DNA of 64,000 nt from an uncultured beta proteobacterium (GTDB lineage: Bacteria > Pseudomonadota > Gammaproteobacteria > Burkholderiales > Burkholderiaceae_C), in assembly GCA_963788635.1 (NCBI GenBank), contig CAWBHE010000014.1:15405-79404 (forward strand), in the 5' to 3' direction. Below, in pieces: positions 9,898 through 22,732 of the stretch. Under the pieces are notes generated by a model. It did no database searches and was not told the DNA's origin. It was given only the letters and a program-made list of their open reading frames with translations. The translations under genes were made by a program, and so were the position numbers. Position 1 is the stretch's first letter. Every line of letters begins with the position of its first letter.

Positions 9898-11103
9898 GCG
9901 TCGCTCCTCGCCACCGGCGACGACGCGCCGGCAGGGGTTGTGGCCGAACCCGTAGGCCAGCTCGTTCGGGTGGTCCAGCGCCCAGACGGCGAAGTCGGCG
10001 CGCTGGCCCGGCGGCGAGCGACGCCGCGGTCGCTGAAGGCCGAGCGCGCGGGCGCCGTGGACGGTGGCGCCGCGCAGCGCCTCCTCGGGCGTGAGCCGGA
10101 ACAAGCGTGCAGGCCATGTTCAGCATCAGCAGCATCGACAGCCCCGGCGACGAGCCCGGGTTGTGGTCGCTGGCGATCGCGATCGCGCACGCCGGCGTCG
10201 CGCAGCGCCTGCACCGGCGGCAGCTGCGTCTCGCGCAGGAAGTAGAACGCGCCGGGCAGCAGCACGGCCACGGTGCCGGCGCGCGGCCATCGCGCGCACG
10301 CCGTCGCCGGACAGCCATTCGAGGTGGTCGCAGCGACAGCGCGCCGTAGCTCGCCGCGAGGGCGGCGCCGCCCTGGTCGCTGAGCTGTTCGGCGTGCAGC
10401 TTGACCGGCAAGCCCAGCCGCCGCGCGGCTTCGAACACGCGCCGCGTCTGCGCCGGCGTGAAGGCGATGCGTTCGCAGAAGGCATCGACGGCGTCGACCA
10501 GGCCCTCGGCGTGCAGCGAGGGCAGCCAGTCGCAGACCGCCGTCGATGTACTCGTCGGGCCGGCCGTCGAATTCCGGCGGCAGCGCGTGCGCGGCCAGGC
10601 AGGTGGTGCGCACCGTCAGCGGCAGCTCGGCGCCGAGCCGGCGCGCCACGCGCAGGCAGCGCGCCTCGTGCTCGAGCGACAGGCCGTAGCCGGACTTGAC
10701 CTCGAGCGTCGTCACGCCCTCGGCCATCAGCGTGCGGGCGCGCTGCGCGGCCTTCGCGAACAGCGCTTCGTCGCTGGCTGCGCGCGTCGCCGCCACCGTC
10801 GAGCGGATGCCGCCGCCGGCGCGCGCGATCGTCCTCGTAGCTCGCGCCCTGCAGCCGCAGCTCGAACTCGTCGCGCACGCTGGCCGGCGTAGACCAGGTG
10901 GGTGTGGCAGTCGACGAGGCCCGGCGTGACGAGCGCACCGCCAGGTCGTGTTCGGCGTCGACGGGCAGGCCGGTCGGCAGCGCGGCTTCGGCCCCGACCC
11001 AGGCGATGCGTTCGCCGTCGGTGAGCAGCGCGCCGCGCTCGACCCGGCCCCAGTCCGGGCCAGCCAGCGTGGCCAGGCGGGCGTTGCGCCACAACTGCCT
11101 CAT
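9894..11103 (-). CDS. hutI: imidazolonepropionase (frameshifted)
   Basis: [35 protein letters not shown] in alternating frames. Confidence 0.9.
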
Positions 11104-11583
11104 GGCGCGACACCGATCCACAGGCTGTCGCCGTCGGCCGTCAGCGGTCCGGGGGGCAGTTCCCAGTGCAGACACAGCGTGGCCGGGTCGAAGCGGCCAC
11201 GCAGCGGCCAGTCCTCCGCGAAGCCGGGGCCGCGCTGCATCACGCCGCGCGCGCCGCGCTGCAGCATCAGGTTCAGGTCGCGCGTCGTCCCGGCCAGCAG
11301 CCGGCAGCCGGGCGCGGCCGCGCCGTCGAAGCGCAGCGGGGCATCGGCGGCGCGCACCCCGCGCGGGCCGTCGGCGAACTGCAGCTCGACGCCGGCGCCC
11401 CGGACCACCGCGAACCAGCGCTCGACGCCGGGATAGGCCGAGAACGGCCCGTCGCGCGTGATGTCGGCGAGGCTGATGCGCACGCGCCAGTTCGCGCCGT
11501 CGGGCCACGACAGCAACTCGCGCGCGAGGCCGCCGCCGTTCTTCCAGGGCGTGGCGGCGATGTCGTCGGACCCGGACGATCAC
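11100..11583 (-). CDS. hutD: HutD/Ves family protein (5' frameshift)
   Basis: PWKNGGG at start, RISLADITRDGPFSAYPGVERW, TRDLNLM. Confidence 0.85.
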
Positions 11584-12301
11584 GGCTTGAAGCTCCCTTC
11601 GATCGCGTAGCGGTTGCCGGGGTGCACCAGGCGCGCGATCGTGATCGGCACGCCGCGGCTCTCGGTGCGGCGCACGACCACCAGCACGGGTCGCGCTCGG
11701 CCGATGCCGAGCAGCCGCGCCTCGTCGGCCGACGGCCGCGCCGGCCTCGATCGAGTACTGCGCCTCCCACAGCGGCGCGACCTCGAGCAGGTAATGCGTG
11801 GGTGTCGTGCGCGTGAAGTCGACGCCCAGGTAGTCGGGCGCGCAGGCCGGGTTGACGTAGCGGTCCTCGCACTGCAGCGGCACGCCGTTGCAGCGGTGCA
11901 CGATCAGCGTGTGGAAGACGCGCGCGCCGGGCTCCAGCCCCAGGCGCTCGGCCAGCGCCGGCGGCGCCTTCTCGTCGCGCGCGAGGTGCACCTCGGCGTC
12001 GTGGCGCTGGCCGCGCGACTCGATCTCCTCGTGCAGGTCGCGGATCGTCAGCGTCGAGGCCACGCGGTGCAGCGGCGCGGCGAAGGTGCCCACGCCCTGC
12101 ACGCGCTCGACCAGGCCCTCGGCCTGCAGCTCGCGCATCGCGCGGTTCACCGTCATCCGGCTGACGCCGAACTGCGCCACCAGCTCGGCCTCGGACGGCA
12201 TCAGCGCGCCGGGCGGCCAGCGCCCCCGCGCCAGGCCGTCCTTCAGGAACTGCTTGACGCGGGCGTAGGGCGGGGCGTCGGCGCGTCGCGCTGGAAACCA
12301 T
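11580..12301 (-). CDS. hutC: histidine utilization repressor (GntR-UTRA; frameshifted)
   Basis: [36 protein letters not shown] domain; divergent from hutU. Confidence 0.9.
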
Positions 12302-12322
12302 GCGACGATCCTACTTGCGCCA

Positions 12323-12338
12323 ACTTGTCTAGACAAGT
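12323..12338. promoter_or_regulatory. HutC operator
   Basis: perfect 16-bp palindrome ACTTGTCTAGACAAGT between divergent hutC and hutU. Confidence 0.8.
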
Positions 12339-12373
12339 AGAGTCGCCCACCGGTTCAACGCCGGAGCCACGCC

Positions 12374-14089
12374 ATGACCGACCTGTCCGCCCTCCACCAG
12401 CTCGCCGCAGCCCGCATCCCGGTGCGCGCGCCGCGCGGCAGCGCAGCTCGCCTGCGCGCAACTGGCTCATCGAGGCCGCCTACCGGATGCTGCAGAACAA
12501 CCTCGACCCCGAGGTCGCCGAGAACCCCGACGCGCTCGTCGTCTACGGCGGCATCGGCAAGGCGGCGCGCAACTGGGACTGCTTCGAGGCCATCCTCGCA
12601 GCGCTGAAGCGCGCTGAAGGAAGACGAGACGCTGCTGTGCAGTCGGGCAAGCCGGTCGGCGTGTTCCGCACCCACGCCGACGCACCGCGCGTGCTGATCG
12701 CCAACTCGAACCTGGTGCCGAAGTGGGCGACCTGGGAGCACTTCGACGAGCTCGACCGCAAGGGCCTGATGATGTACGGCCAGATGACGGCCGGCTCGCT
12801 GGATCTACATCGGCAGCCAGGGCATCGTGCAGGGCACCTACGAGACCTTCGTCGAAGCGGGCCGACAGCACTACGGCGGCAGACCTGGCGGGCCGCTGGA
12901 TCCTCACCGCCGGCCTCGGCGGCATGGGCGGCGCGCAGCCGCTGGCGGCCACGTTTGCCGGCGCGTCGTCGCTGACGATCGAATGCCAGCAGAGCCGCAT
13001 CGACTTCCGCCTGCGCACCCGCTACCTCGACGAGCAGGCCACCGATCTCGACGACGCGCTGGCGCGCATCGCAGCGCTACGCGACGTGAGAAGCGCGCCG
13101 TCTCGGTCGGCCTGCTCGGCAACGCGGCCGAGATCCTGCCCGAGCTGGTGAACGCGCGCGGCGTGTCAAGCCCGACCTCGTCACCGACCAGACCGCGCGC
13201 ACGACCTCGTCAACGGCTACCTGCCGGTCGGCTGGAGCGTCGAGCGCTGGCGCGCCGCGCAGGCCGACGCCGACGCAGCATGCCGCGCTGCGCGAGGCCG
13301 CGGCGCAGAGCTGCGCCGTGCACGTGCAGGCGATGCTCGACTTCCAGGCGATGGGCGTGCCGACGGTCGACTACGGCAACAACATCCGCCAGGTCGCGCT
13401 CGACGCCGGCGTGAAGAACGCCTTCGACTTCCCGGGCTTCGTGCCGGCCTACATCCGGCCGCTGTTCTGCCGCGGCAAGGGGCCGTTCCGCTGGGTCGCG
13501 CTGTCCGGCGACCCCGAGGACATCCGCAAGACCGACGCGAAGATGAAGGAGCTGTTCCCGGAAGACGCGGCACCTGCACCGCTGGCTGGACATGGCCGGC
13601 GAGCGCATCGCCTTCCAGGGCCTGCCGGCGCGCATCTGCTGGATCGGCCTGGGCGAGCGCCACCGCGCCGGGCTGGCCTTCAACGCGATGGTGAAGTCGG
13701 GCGAGCTGAAGGCGCCGATCGTGATCGGCCGCGACCACCTCGACAGCGGCTCGGTCGCGTCGCCGAACCGCGAGACCGAGGCCATGCTGGACGGCAGCGA
13801 CGCGGTCTCCGACTGGCCGCTGCTGAACGCGCTGCTCAACACCGCCGGCGGCGCGACCTGGGTCAGCCTGCACCACGGCGGCGGCGTCGGCATGGGCTAT
13901 TCGCAGCACGCCGGCGTCGTGATCGTCTGCGACGGCAGCGACGCGGCGGCGAAGCGCATCGAGCGCGTGCTCTGGAACGACCCCGCCACCGGCGTGATGC
14001 GCCATGCCGACGCGGGCTACGAAGAGGCCGTCGCCTGCGCCAGCGAGCAGGGCCTGAACCTGCCGATGATCACCGGCGGGGGACGCTGA
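12374..14089 (+). CDS. hutU: urocanate hydratase (several frameshifts)
   Basis: [53 protein letters not shown]. Confidence 0.95.
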
Positions 14090-15741
14090 TGCTGCTGCGA
14101 CCCGGACGACTCACGCTCGAAGAGCTGCAGGCCATCCATGCCGGTGCCGATGGCAAGGTCCAGCCGCTGGTGATGGACCCGCTGGCGCTGCCGGCGATCC
14201 GCGCCAGCGCCGCGGTGGTGCAGCGGGCCGCCGAGGGCGACGCCGCCGTCTACGGCGTCAACACCGGCTTCGGCAAGCTGGCGAGCACGCGCATCAGCGA
14301 GGCCGACCTGGCGACGCTGCAGCTGAACCTGATCCGCTCGCACAGCGTCGGCGTCGGCGCGCCGCTGGCGCCGCCGGTGGTGCGGCTGATGCTCGCGACC
14401 AAGGCCGCGAGCCTGGCGCGCGGCTTCTCGGGCGTGCGCCCGGTCGTCGTCGACACGCTGCTCGCCGTGCACAACGCCGGCCTCGTGCCCTGCGTGCCGA
14501 GCCAGGGCTCGGTCGGGGCGTCGGGCGACCTCGCGCCGCTGGCGCACATGACGCTGGCGCTGCTGGGCGAGGGCGAGTTCCTCGTCGATGGCGTGCGCGC
14601 GCCCTGCGGCGCCGCGGTGCTGAAGGAGGCCGGCATCGCGCCGCTTCGGCTGGCCGCCAAGGAAGGGCTGGCGCTGATCAACGGCACCCAGACCAGCACC
14701 GCGCTCGCGCTGCACGCGCTGTTCGCCTTCGAGCCCGTGCTCGAGGCCGCGCTCGTGATCGGCGCGCTGACGGTCGACGCCGCGCGCGGCAGCGACGGCC
14801 CCTTCGATCCGCGCATCCACGAACTGCGCGGCCAGCCGGGCCAGATCGACGTCGCCCGTTACTACCGCCGGCTGCTCGAAGGCAGCGCGATCCGCGCATC
14901 GCACCGCGACGGCGACGACCGCGTCCAGGACCCCTACTGCCTGCGCTGCCAGCCGCAGGTGGTCGGCGCCTGCCTGGACCAGCTGCGCCACGCCGCGCTG
15001 GTGCTGCTGCGCGAAGCCAACGCCGTGACGGACAACCCCCTGGTCTTCCTCGACGAGCGCAGCGAAGTCGACCCCCGAGCGGACGCCGCGGATCCGGCTT
15101 CGCCGGTCCGCCAGCGTCGCCCCCCTGGGGGGGAGGCGGCCGAAGGCCGCTTCGGGGGGGATCTCATTTCCGGCGGGAATTTCCACGCGGAACCGGTCGC
15201 ACTGGCCTGCGACGCGATGGCCTGCGCGATCGCCGAGGTCGGTGCGATCGCCGAGCGCCGCATCGCGATGCTGATCGACAGCAACGTCTCGCGCCTGCCG
15301 CCCTTCCTCTGCGCCGATCCGGGGCTGAACAGCGGCTTCATGATCGCCCACGTCACCGCCGCGGCGCTGGCGAGCGAGAACAAGTCGATGGCGCATCCGG
15401 CCAGCGTCGACAGCCTGCCCACCAGCGCGAACCAGGAAGACCATGTCTCGATGGCGACCTTCGCCGCGCGCCGGCTGCAGCCGATGATCGCCAACGTCGC
15501 GCACATCCTGGCCATCGAATGGCTGGCCGCGGCGCAGGGCATCGAGTTCCTGCGCCCGCTGCAGAGCTCGCCCGCGATCGAGGCCGCGCATGCGCTGCTG
15601 CGCGCCGAATGCCCGGCGATGGCGGTCGACCGCTTCATCGCGCCGGACATCGAGCGCGCCAGCGCGCGCGTGCACGACGGTTCGCTGGGGCGCATCCTGC
15701 GCAGCCTGTCGGGCCTGCCGACGCTGTGGATCGCGAGCTGA
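14089..15741 (+). CDS. hutH: histidine ammonia-lyase with ~30-aa in-frame insertion
   Basis: [19 protein letters not shown] (MIO-forming ASG), [23 protein letters not shown]. Confidence 0.95.
   Translation: MLLRPGRLTLEELQAIHAGADGKVQPLVMDPLALPAIRASAAVVQRAAEGDAAVYGVNTGFGKLASTRISEADLATLQLNLIRSHSVGVGAPLAPPVVRLMLATKAASLARGFSGVRPVVVDTLLAVHNAGLVPCVPSQGSVGASGDLAPLAHMTLALLGEGEFLVDGVRAPCGAAVLKEAGIAPLRLAAKEGLALINGTQTSTALALHALFAFEPVLEAALVIGALTVDAARGSDGPFDPRIHELRGQPGQIDVARYYRRLLEGSAIRASHRDGDDRVQDPYCLRCQPQVVGACLDQLRHAALVLLREANAVTDNPLVFLDERSEVDPRADAADPASPVRQRRPPGGEAAEGRFGGDLISGGNFHAEPVALACDAMACAIAEVGAIAERRIAMLIDSNVSRLPPFLCADPGLNSGFMIAHVTAAALASENKSMAHPASVDSLPTSANQEDHVSMATFAARRLQPMIANVAHILAIEWLAAAQGIEFLRPLQSSPAIEAAHALLRAECPAMAVDRFIAPDIERASARVHDGSLGRILRSLSGLPTLWIAS
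15072..15160. repeat. palindromic repeat element inside hutH coding sequence
   Basis: terminal inverted repeat CCCCCGAGCGG...CCGCTTCGGGGG with three internal hairpins. Confidence 0.75.
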
Positions 15742-15825
15742 GCCGCCGTCGAAGCGAGGGTGGCCGGCGCGGCGCCGCCGCCCGGTCGTAGACTGCAACT
15801 CGATCCGGTTCCCCGGGAGGGACGA

Positions 15826-17746
<1,921 letters not shown>

Positions 17747-17770
17747 GCGGCGCGGCGCGGGCGACGCGGC

Positions 17771-18016
17771 TCAGACCGGCTTCTTGTGCGTCCCGTCGCA
17801 CAGCGGCTTGTTGGCGCTCGCCTTGCAGCCGCAGAAGTAGACCGTCTTGCTCTCGGTGGCGCTGTACTTGATCGGCGTGAACTCGTTGGCGGCGCGGTGC
17901 GAGCCGTCGCAGAAGGGCTGGCTCTTGCTCTGGCCGCAGGCGCACCACCAGTAGTCCTTGCCGGCTTCGACGGCGACGGCAAACGGGGTGTTCGAGGCGC
18001 GGACGGGGTTCGTCAT
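17771..18016 (-). CDS. CDGSH iron-sulfur (NEET-like) protein, two CDGSH motifs
   Basis: WCACGQS..QPFCDGSH and FCGCK...PLCDGTH. Confidence 0.92.
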   Translation of the reverse strand: MTNPVRASNTPFAVAVEAGKDYWWCACGQSKSQPFCDGSHRAANEFTPIKYSATESKTVYFCGCKASANKPLCDGTHKKPV

Positions 18017-18083
18017 TTCTGGCTTCCTTCGGCGTGGGTGGATGCGCCGACTGTCCTACGGTCGGGGTCGGCTGGCAAGCGCT

Positions 18084-18782
18084 TCAGCCGCGGCAGGCCA
18101 GGCGCAGGAACTGGCCGGCGACGAAGAGGTCGCGTTCGATCGCACGCCGTACCGCGGCGCTGTCGCGACGCGCCAGCGCCGCCAGCGCGTCGCCATGGGC
18201 CTGGTTGAGCACGGGCAGCGCGTCCGGGTGGTCGAAGAGGCGGTTCGACAACGGGCCGACCTTCAGCCATACGGTCTCGATCAGCGACAACAGTGTCGGC
18301 GAGCCGGCGGCGCGGTACAGATGCAGGTGGAATTCCTCGTTGGCCTCGAGATAGGTCTTCGCGTCGGCGCAAGCGAGCGCGGTGTCCATCCGGACGCTCA
18401 GGCCGCGAAGCGCGGCCAGGTCCTCGGCGTCCAGGTGCAGGCTGCCGCGCTCGGCGGCCTCGCCTTCGAGCAGCATGCGCATGTCGAGCACGTCGTCGAA
18501 TTCGGGGCGGGACAACAGCGGCACGGTGACGCCGGCATTTGGAACGTTGACCAGCGCCCCTTCGGCCGCCAGCCGCTGCAGCGCGGCGCGCACCGGCATC
18601 AGGCCGGCGCCGAGCTCGCCGGCCACGGTGCGGATCTTCAGCCGCTCGCCGGGCAGGAAGCGGCCGACCGTCACCCATTGGCGCAGGCGCTGGTAGCAGG
18701 CATCCTGCTGCGTCGCGCTGCCCGGTACGGCGCGGGCACCGCGTGCGTCGATCCTCGACCCCGTCGGCGGGCGCTCAGCCAC
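18084..18782 (-). CDS. GntR family regulator (FCD domain)
   Basis: PGERL...MPVRAALQRL HTH, NEEFHLHLY FCD motif. Confidence 0.88.
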   Translation of the reverse strand: MAERPPTGSRIDARGARAVPGSATQQDACYQRLRQWVTVGRFLPGERLKIRTVAGELGAGLMPVRAALQRLAAEGALVNVPNAGVTVPLLSRPEFDDVLDMRMLLEGEAAERGSLHLDAEDLAALRGLSVRMDTALACADAKTYLEANEEFHLHLYRAAGSPTLLSLIETVWLKVGPLSNRLFDHPDALPVLNQAHGDALAALARRDSAAVRRAIERDLFVAGQFLRLACRG

Positions 18783-20157
18783 CGGCGATCTCGCTCAGCA
18801 CGTCGTCGAACGCATCGAGCAACTGCCGCACATCGGCCGGCGTCGTGGCCGGGCAGACCAGCATCATGTTGTGGAACGGCGTGATGAGCACGCCGCGGTT
18901 GAGCAGCGCCAGATGGATCAGGTGCTCGAGTTCGGGGTCTAGCGAGATGCCCGCTTCGCTGCCGTTGCGCGGCGGCGCGGGACGGAACTGGAACTCGGTG
19001 CGCGCGCCGAGCTGCGTCACGCACCAGGGCAGGCGGTGACGGGCGATGCGCTCGCGCAGCCCTTGCGCGAGCATCGCGGCCTGCGCCAGCATCGGGGCGT
19101 AGACGGCCTCCGTCATCAGCCCGGTCAGCGTCGCGCGCATTGCAGCCATCGCGAGCAGGCTGGCGCCGAGGGTGGTGCCTATGCCCGAGTGACCCGGGGG
19201 CGCGTCGCGCTTGGCCCGCGCGGCGCGCTCGGCCCATTCGGCGCTGAAGCCGTACGCTGCACAAGGCATGCCGCCGCCCAGAGGCTTGCCGATCACGACG
19301 GCGTCGGGCGCCAGGCCATGGGCGCGCGCATAGCCGCCGGGGCCGACGCTGATGGTGTGCGTCTCGTCGAGCACCAGCGCGGCGCCGGCGCGGCGGATCA
19401 GGGCCTGCGCCGCCGGCCAGAAACCCGCGTCGGGCAGCACCATGCCGATGTTGGTCATCGCCGGCTCGGCGAGTACGCAGGCGACGTCGCCCGGTGCCAG
19501 CGCAGCCTCGAGCGCGCCGAGGTCGTTGAACTCGACGACGGTCGTGTACCGGGTGAGGTCGTGCACCTGGCCGAGCAGGCTGTCGCGCTGCACCGGCCGG
19601 CCGCCGACGAGGTCCACGAAGACGTCGTCGACCGTGCCGTGATAGCAGCCGTTGAAGACGATCAGCCGGCGCCGCCCGCTCGCTGCCCGCAGCCAGCGCA
19701 GCACGAATCGGTTCGCGTCGCTGGCGGTCGTCGCGAACTGCCAGCGGGCCAGGCCAAAGCGTTCGCTCAACAGCTCGCCGACTGCGGCCGCGTCCTCGCC
19801 GGGCAGCATCGCGGTGAAGCCGCGCGCCGCCTGGCGCGCTACAGCGTCGACCACCGGCGCCGGTGCATGACCGAACATCGCGCCGGTGTCGCCGAGGCAG
19901 AAGTCGACGCGCCGATGACCGTCGGCGTCGGTCAGGTGCGCGCCGGCGGCATGGGCCACCTGCAGTGGAAAGGGCGTGCCCCAGTCGGTCATCCAGTGCA
20001 GCGGCACGCCGAACAACAGGTGCTCGCCGGCGCGTGCCGCGATCGCGCGCGAGCGCGGGTTGCGCTCCACGTAGGTGGAACGTTCGCGTTGCAGCAGCGC
20101 CTGGGCGCGTGGCCAATCGACGCCTGGCCGGATCGGGTCGGGGAGCTCGTTGCGCAT
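18775..20157 (-). CDS. class III PLP aminotransferase
   Basis: DFCLGDTGAMFGH, YHG, EPAMTN, DETHT, GKPLGGG. Confidence 0.88.
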   Translation of the reverse strand: MRNELPDPIRPGVDWPRAQALLQRERSTYVERNPRSRAIAARAGEHLLFGVPLHWMTDWGTPFPLQVAHAAGAHLTDADGHRRVDFCLGDTGAMFGHAPAPVVDAVARQAARGFTAMLPGEDAAAVGELLSERFGLARWQFATTASDANRFVLRWLRAASGRRRLIVFNGCYHGTVDDVFVDLVGGRPVQRDSLLGQVHDLTRYTTVVEFNDLGALEAALAPGDVACVLAEPAMTNIGMVLPDAGFWPAAQALIRRAGAALVLDETHTISVGPGGYARAHGLAPDAVVIGKPLGGGMPCAAYGFSAEWAERAARAKRDAPPGHSGIGTTLGASLLAMAAMRATLTGLMTEAVYAPMLAQAAMLAQGLRERIARHRLPWCVTQLGARTEFQFRPAPPRNGSEAGISLDPELEHLIHLALLNRGVLITPFHNMMLVCPATTPADVRQLLDAFDDVLSEIAGG

Positions 20158-20164
20158 GGCAGCC

Positions 20165-21499
20165 TCAGACGAGCAGCAGCAGGTGTTCGCGCTCCCAGGA
20201 ACTGATCACGCGGTTGTAAGTACCGTACTCGAGCGCCTTCACCGCGCAGAAGGCATCGACGAAGCGCGAGCCGAGCAGATCGCGCACCGGGGCGCAGGCG
20301 CGCAGCGATTCGAGCGCGTCTTCCAGGTGGCGCGGCAGTTCGCTTTCCATCGCCCAGGCGCTGCTGTCCACCGGTTCGCTGGGCTGGCGTTGCTCGGTCA
20401 GGCCGAGGTAGCCGCAGGCCAGCGTGGCGGCGATCGCCAGGTACGGGTTCACGTCGACGCCCGGCACCCGATTTTCCACGCGGCGCGCCTCGGCTGGCGA
20501 CTTGGGAATGCGGATGCCGCAGGTCCGGTTGTCGTAGCCCCAGCGCACGTTCGTCGGTGCCGACATGTACGGCGCCAGCCGTCGGTACGAATTGACGTAG
20601 GGCGCGAACATCGGCATCAGCTGCGGCACGTAGCGCTGGAGCCCGGCGATGTAGTGGAAGAACGCCGGGCTCGCACTGCCGTCGGCCTGGCTGAAGAGGT
20701 TGCGGCCGTCGGCGTCGACGAGGCTCTGATGGATGTGCATCGCGCTGCCCGGCTCGGCCTCCATCGGCTTGGCCATGAAAGTCGCGAAGATGCCGTGGCG
20801 CAGCGCGGTCTCGCGCACCGTGCGCTTGAAGAGGAACACCCGGTCGGCCAGTTCGAGCGGGTCGCCGTGGGCGAAGTTGATCTCCATCTGCCCGGCACCG
20901 GCCTCGTGGATCAACGTTTCGACGCCGAGGCGGTGCACGTCGCAGAAGGCCGACAGCTCCATGAAGAAGGGGTCGAAGTCGTTCACCGCGTCGATCGAAT
21001 AGCTCTGCCGCCCGGCCTCGGGCTTGCCGGTACGGCCGATCGGCGGCTGCAGTGGCTCGTGCGGGTTCTGCTGTCGTGCGACCAGGTAGAACTCCATCTC
21101 GGGCGCCACCACCGGGCGCCAGCCGCGGCGCGTGTAGAGATCGATCACGCTGCGCAAGACGGCCCTGGGCGAGAGCGCGACCGCCGTGCCGTCCCATTCG
21201 TGGCAGTCGTGGATCACCACCGCGACCGGCTCCGCAGCCCAGGGCACGACGCGGAAGGTGCCGGGGTCCGGCCGGCAGACCATGTCCGGATCGGTGTCGC
21301 CGACGTGCGGGCCGTTGTCCGGTTGCTGGCCGTTGACGGTATTGAGCAGCACGCTCTTGGGCAGGCGCATCTCACCGGCAGCGAGAAACAAGTCCTTGGG
21401 CAGGATCTTGCCGCGCGCGATGCCGGTGATGTCGGGAACCACGCACTCGACCTCGTGGATGTGGTGCTCGGCGAGCAGCTTGGCGATCGGCGTGTTCAT
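20165..21499 (-). CDS. glutamine synthetase family, PuuA/SpuI-like gamma-glutamyl ligase
   Basis: PDITGIARGK, APEMEFYL, HEAGAGQMEIN, GSAMHIHQS, RVENRVPG. Confidence 0.88.
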   Translation of the reverse strand: MNTPIAKLLAEHHIHEVECVVPDITGIARGKILPKDLFLAAGEMRLPKSVLLNTVNGQQPDNGPHVGDTDPDMVCRPDPGTFRVVPWAAEPVAVVIHDCHEWDGTAVALSPRAVLRSVIDLYTRRGWRPVVAPEMEFYLVARQQNPHEPLQPPIGRTGKPEAGRQSYSIDAVNDFDPFFMELSAFCDVHRLGVETLIHEAGAGQMEINFAHGDPLELADRVFLFKRTVRETALRHGIFATFMAKPMEAEPGSAMHIHQSLVDADGRNLFSQADGSASPAFFHYIAGLQRYVPQLMPMFAPYVNSYRRLAPYMSAPTNVRWGYDNRTCGIRIPKSPAEARRVENRVPGVDVNPYLAIAATLACGYLGLTEQRQPSEPVDSSAWAMESELPRHLEDALESLRACAPVRDLLGSRFVDAFCAVKALEYGTYNRVISSWEREHLLLLV

Positions 21500-21536
21500 C
21501 GGTCGCGTCGGACGAGTGGATGAAAGATGTTTGCCG

Positions 21537-21617
21537 ATATTTGATCACAAGATGGACATCGCCCGTGAGGCGAATCGAAATCCATCGCCCACGACGTCGA
21601 CAATATTGATCAGAAAG
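21537..21617. promoter_or_regulatory. two putative GntR operator copies
   Basis: ATATTTGATCACAAGAT (21537-21553) and ATATTGATCAGAAAG (21603-21617) in an AT-rich gap upstream of the GS-AT-GntR unit. Confidence 0.5.
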
Positions 21618-21668
21618 TGACCACGGCGCCTGTGCTGGGCCGTGCGCGCCGCACCCGGTCCGGCCGCG

Positions 21669-22700
21669 CTAGAACCCCACCGCCCGCAGGCGGCCGACTT
21701 CGAGGCCGTTCCAGTTGACCAGCGGTGCATCGCTGAAGTCGTGCATGAAGGTCCGCTCGGCGTCGTCCAGGCGCACCAGGCGTTCGATCAGCGCGGCCAT
21801 CACGACCTCGGCCGCGCGTGCGTTGTTGCCGTCGTCGATCTTGATCGCCACGCCGATCCCGGCCTCGGGCAGCGCGGCGCAGTAGACGCCTTCGGCACCG
21901 ACCTTGCAGAACACGCGCTCGCCCAGGCGCTCCATCACGCGGGTGTCGAAACGGCCGCTGCCTGCGACCATGAACGGCGCTTTCGCGACCGCCGCGCGCA
22001 GCCGCTTCGCGGCGCGCGCCTGGCCGTCGCGCAGCCCGACGCCGGTGCCGGCGCGCGCGAAGGCCAGCGCCAGGTGGCGCAGCGGGATCGAATGGGTCGG
22101 GATCGAGCAGCCGTCGGTGCCGACCGGGCTGCGCGCGAGGTCCCAGCCGGTGGTCGATTGCAGCGACGCCGCCACCTCGCGCATCACCGGGTGGTCGGGC
22201 GTCACGTAGCCGCGCAGGAAGGCGCGCCGGTCGCGCGCGCCGGACTGCTCGGCCATCAGGCAGCCCAGGCAGACGAAGCCGGCATGCTTGCCCGAGCAGT
22301 TGTTGTGCAGCGCGGTCGGCGTCTCGCCGCGCGCCGCCATCTCGCGCTGCGTGACGTCGCGGTAAGGCCAGTGCGCGCCGCATTCGAGCGCGCTCGCGTC
22401 GACGCCGGCCTTGGCCAGCATGGCCGCCGCCGCCTGCGTGTGGCGCGGCTCGCCGCCATGCGACGCGCAGGCCAGCGCGAGCTCCTCGTCGCTCAGCTGC
22501 CAGCGGTCGGCGGCGCCGCTTTCCACCAGCGGCAGCGCCTGCAGCAGCTTCACCGCCGAGCGCGGGAAGATCGGCCGGTCGATGTCGCCGGCGGCGCTGT
22601 GCAGCGCGCCGTCGGCGTCGACGACGGCGAAGGCGCCGCGGTGCATCGATTCGACGCTGCCGCCGCGCAGTGCCTCGACCAGGACGGGGTTGATGTTCAT
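21669..22700 (-). CDS. L-asparaginase II family protein
   Basis: RSAVKLLQA, CASHGGE, NNCSGKHAG, DGCSIP, KVGAEG. Confidence 0.9.
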   Translation of the reverse strand: MNINPVLVEALRGGSVESMHRGAFAVVDADGALHSAAGDIDRPIFPRSAVKLLQALPLVESGAADRWQLSDEELALACASHGGEPRHTQAAAAMLAKAGVDASALECGAHWPYRDVTQREMAARGETPTALHNNCSGKHAGFVCLGCLMAEQSGARDRRAFLRGYVTPDHPVMREVAASLQSTTGWDLARSPVGTDGCSIPTHSIPLRHLALAFARAGTGVGLRDGQARAAKRLRAAVAKAPFMVAGSGRFDTRVMERLGERVFCKVGAEGVYCAALPEAGIGVAIKIDDGNNARAAEVVMAALIERLVRLDDAERTFMHDFSDAPLVNWNGLEVGRLRAVGF

Positions 22701-22732
22701 GGCCGCCACTGTATCGCCCGGACAATCGCCCG

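Noticed and set aside
13318-15741. Apparent HutU-HutH fusion (807 aa), and similarly HutG-HutF and HutC-HutI fusions
   Set aside because: Products of frameshifts; separate stop/start overlaps are visible at 14087-14091, 11100-11103 and 9894-9897
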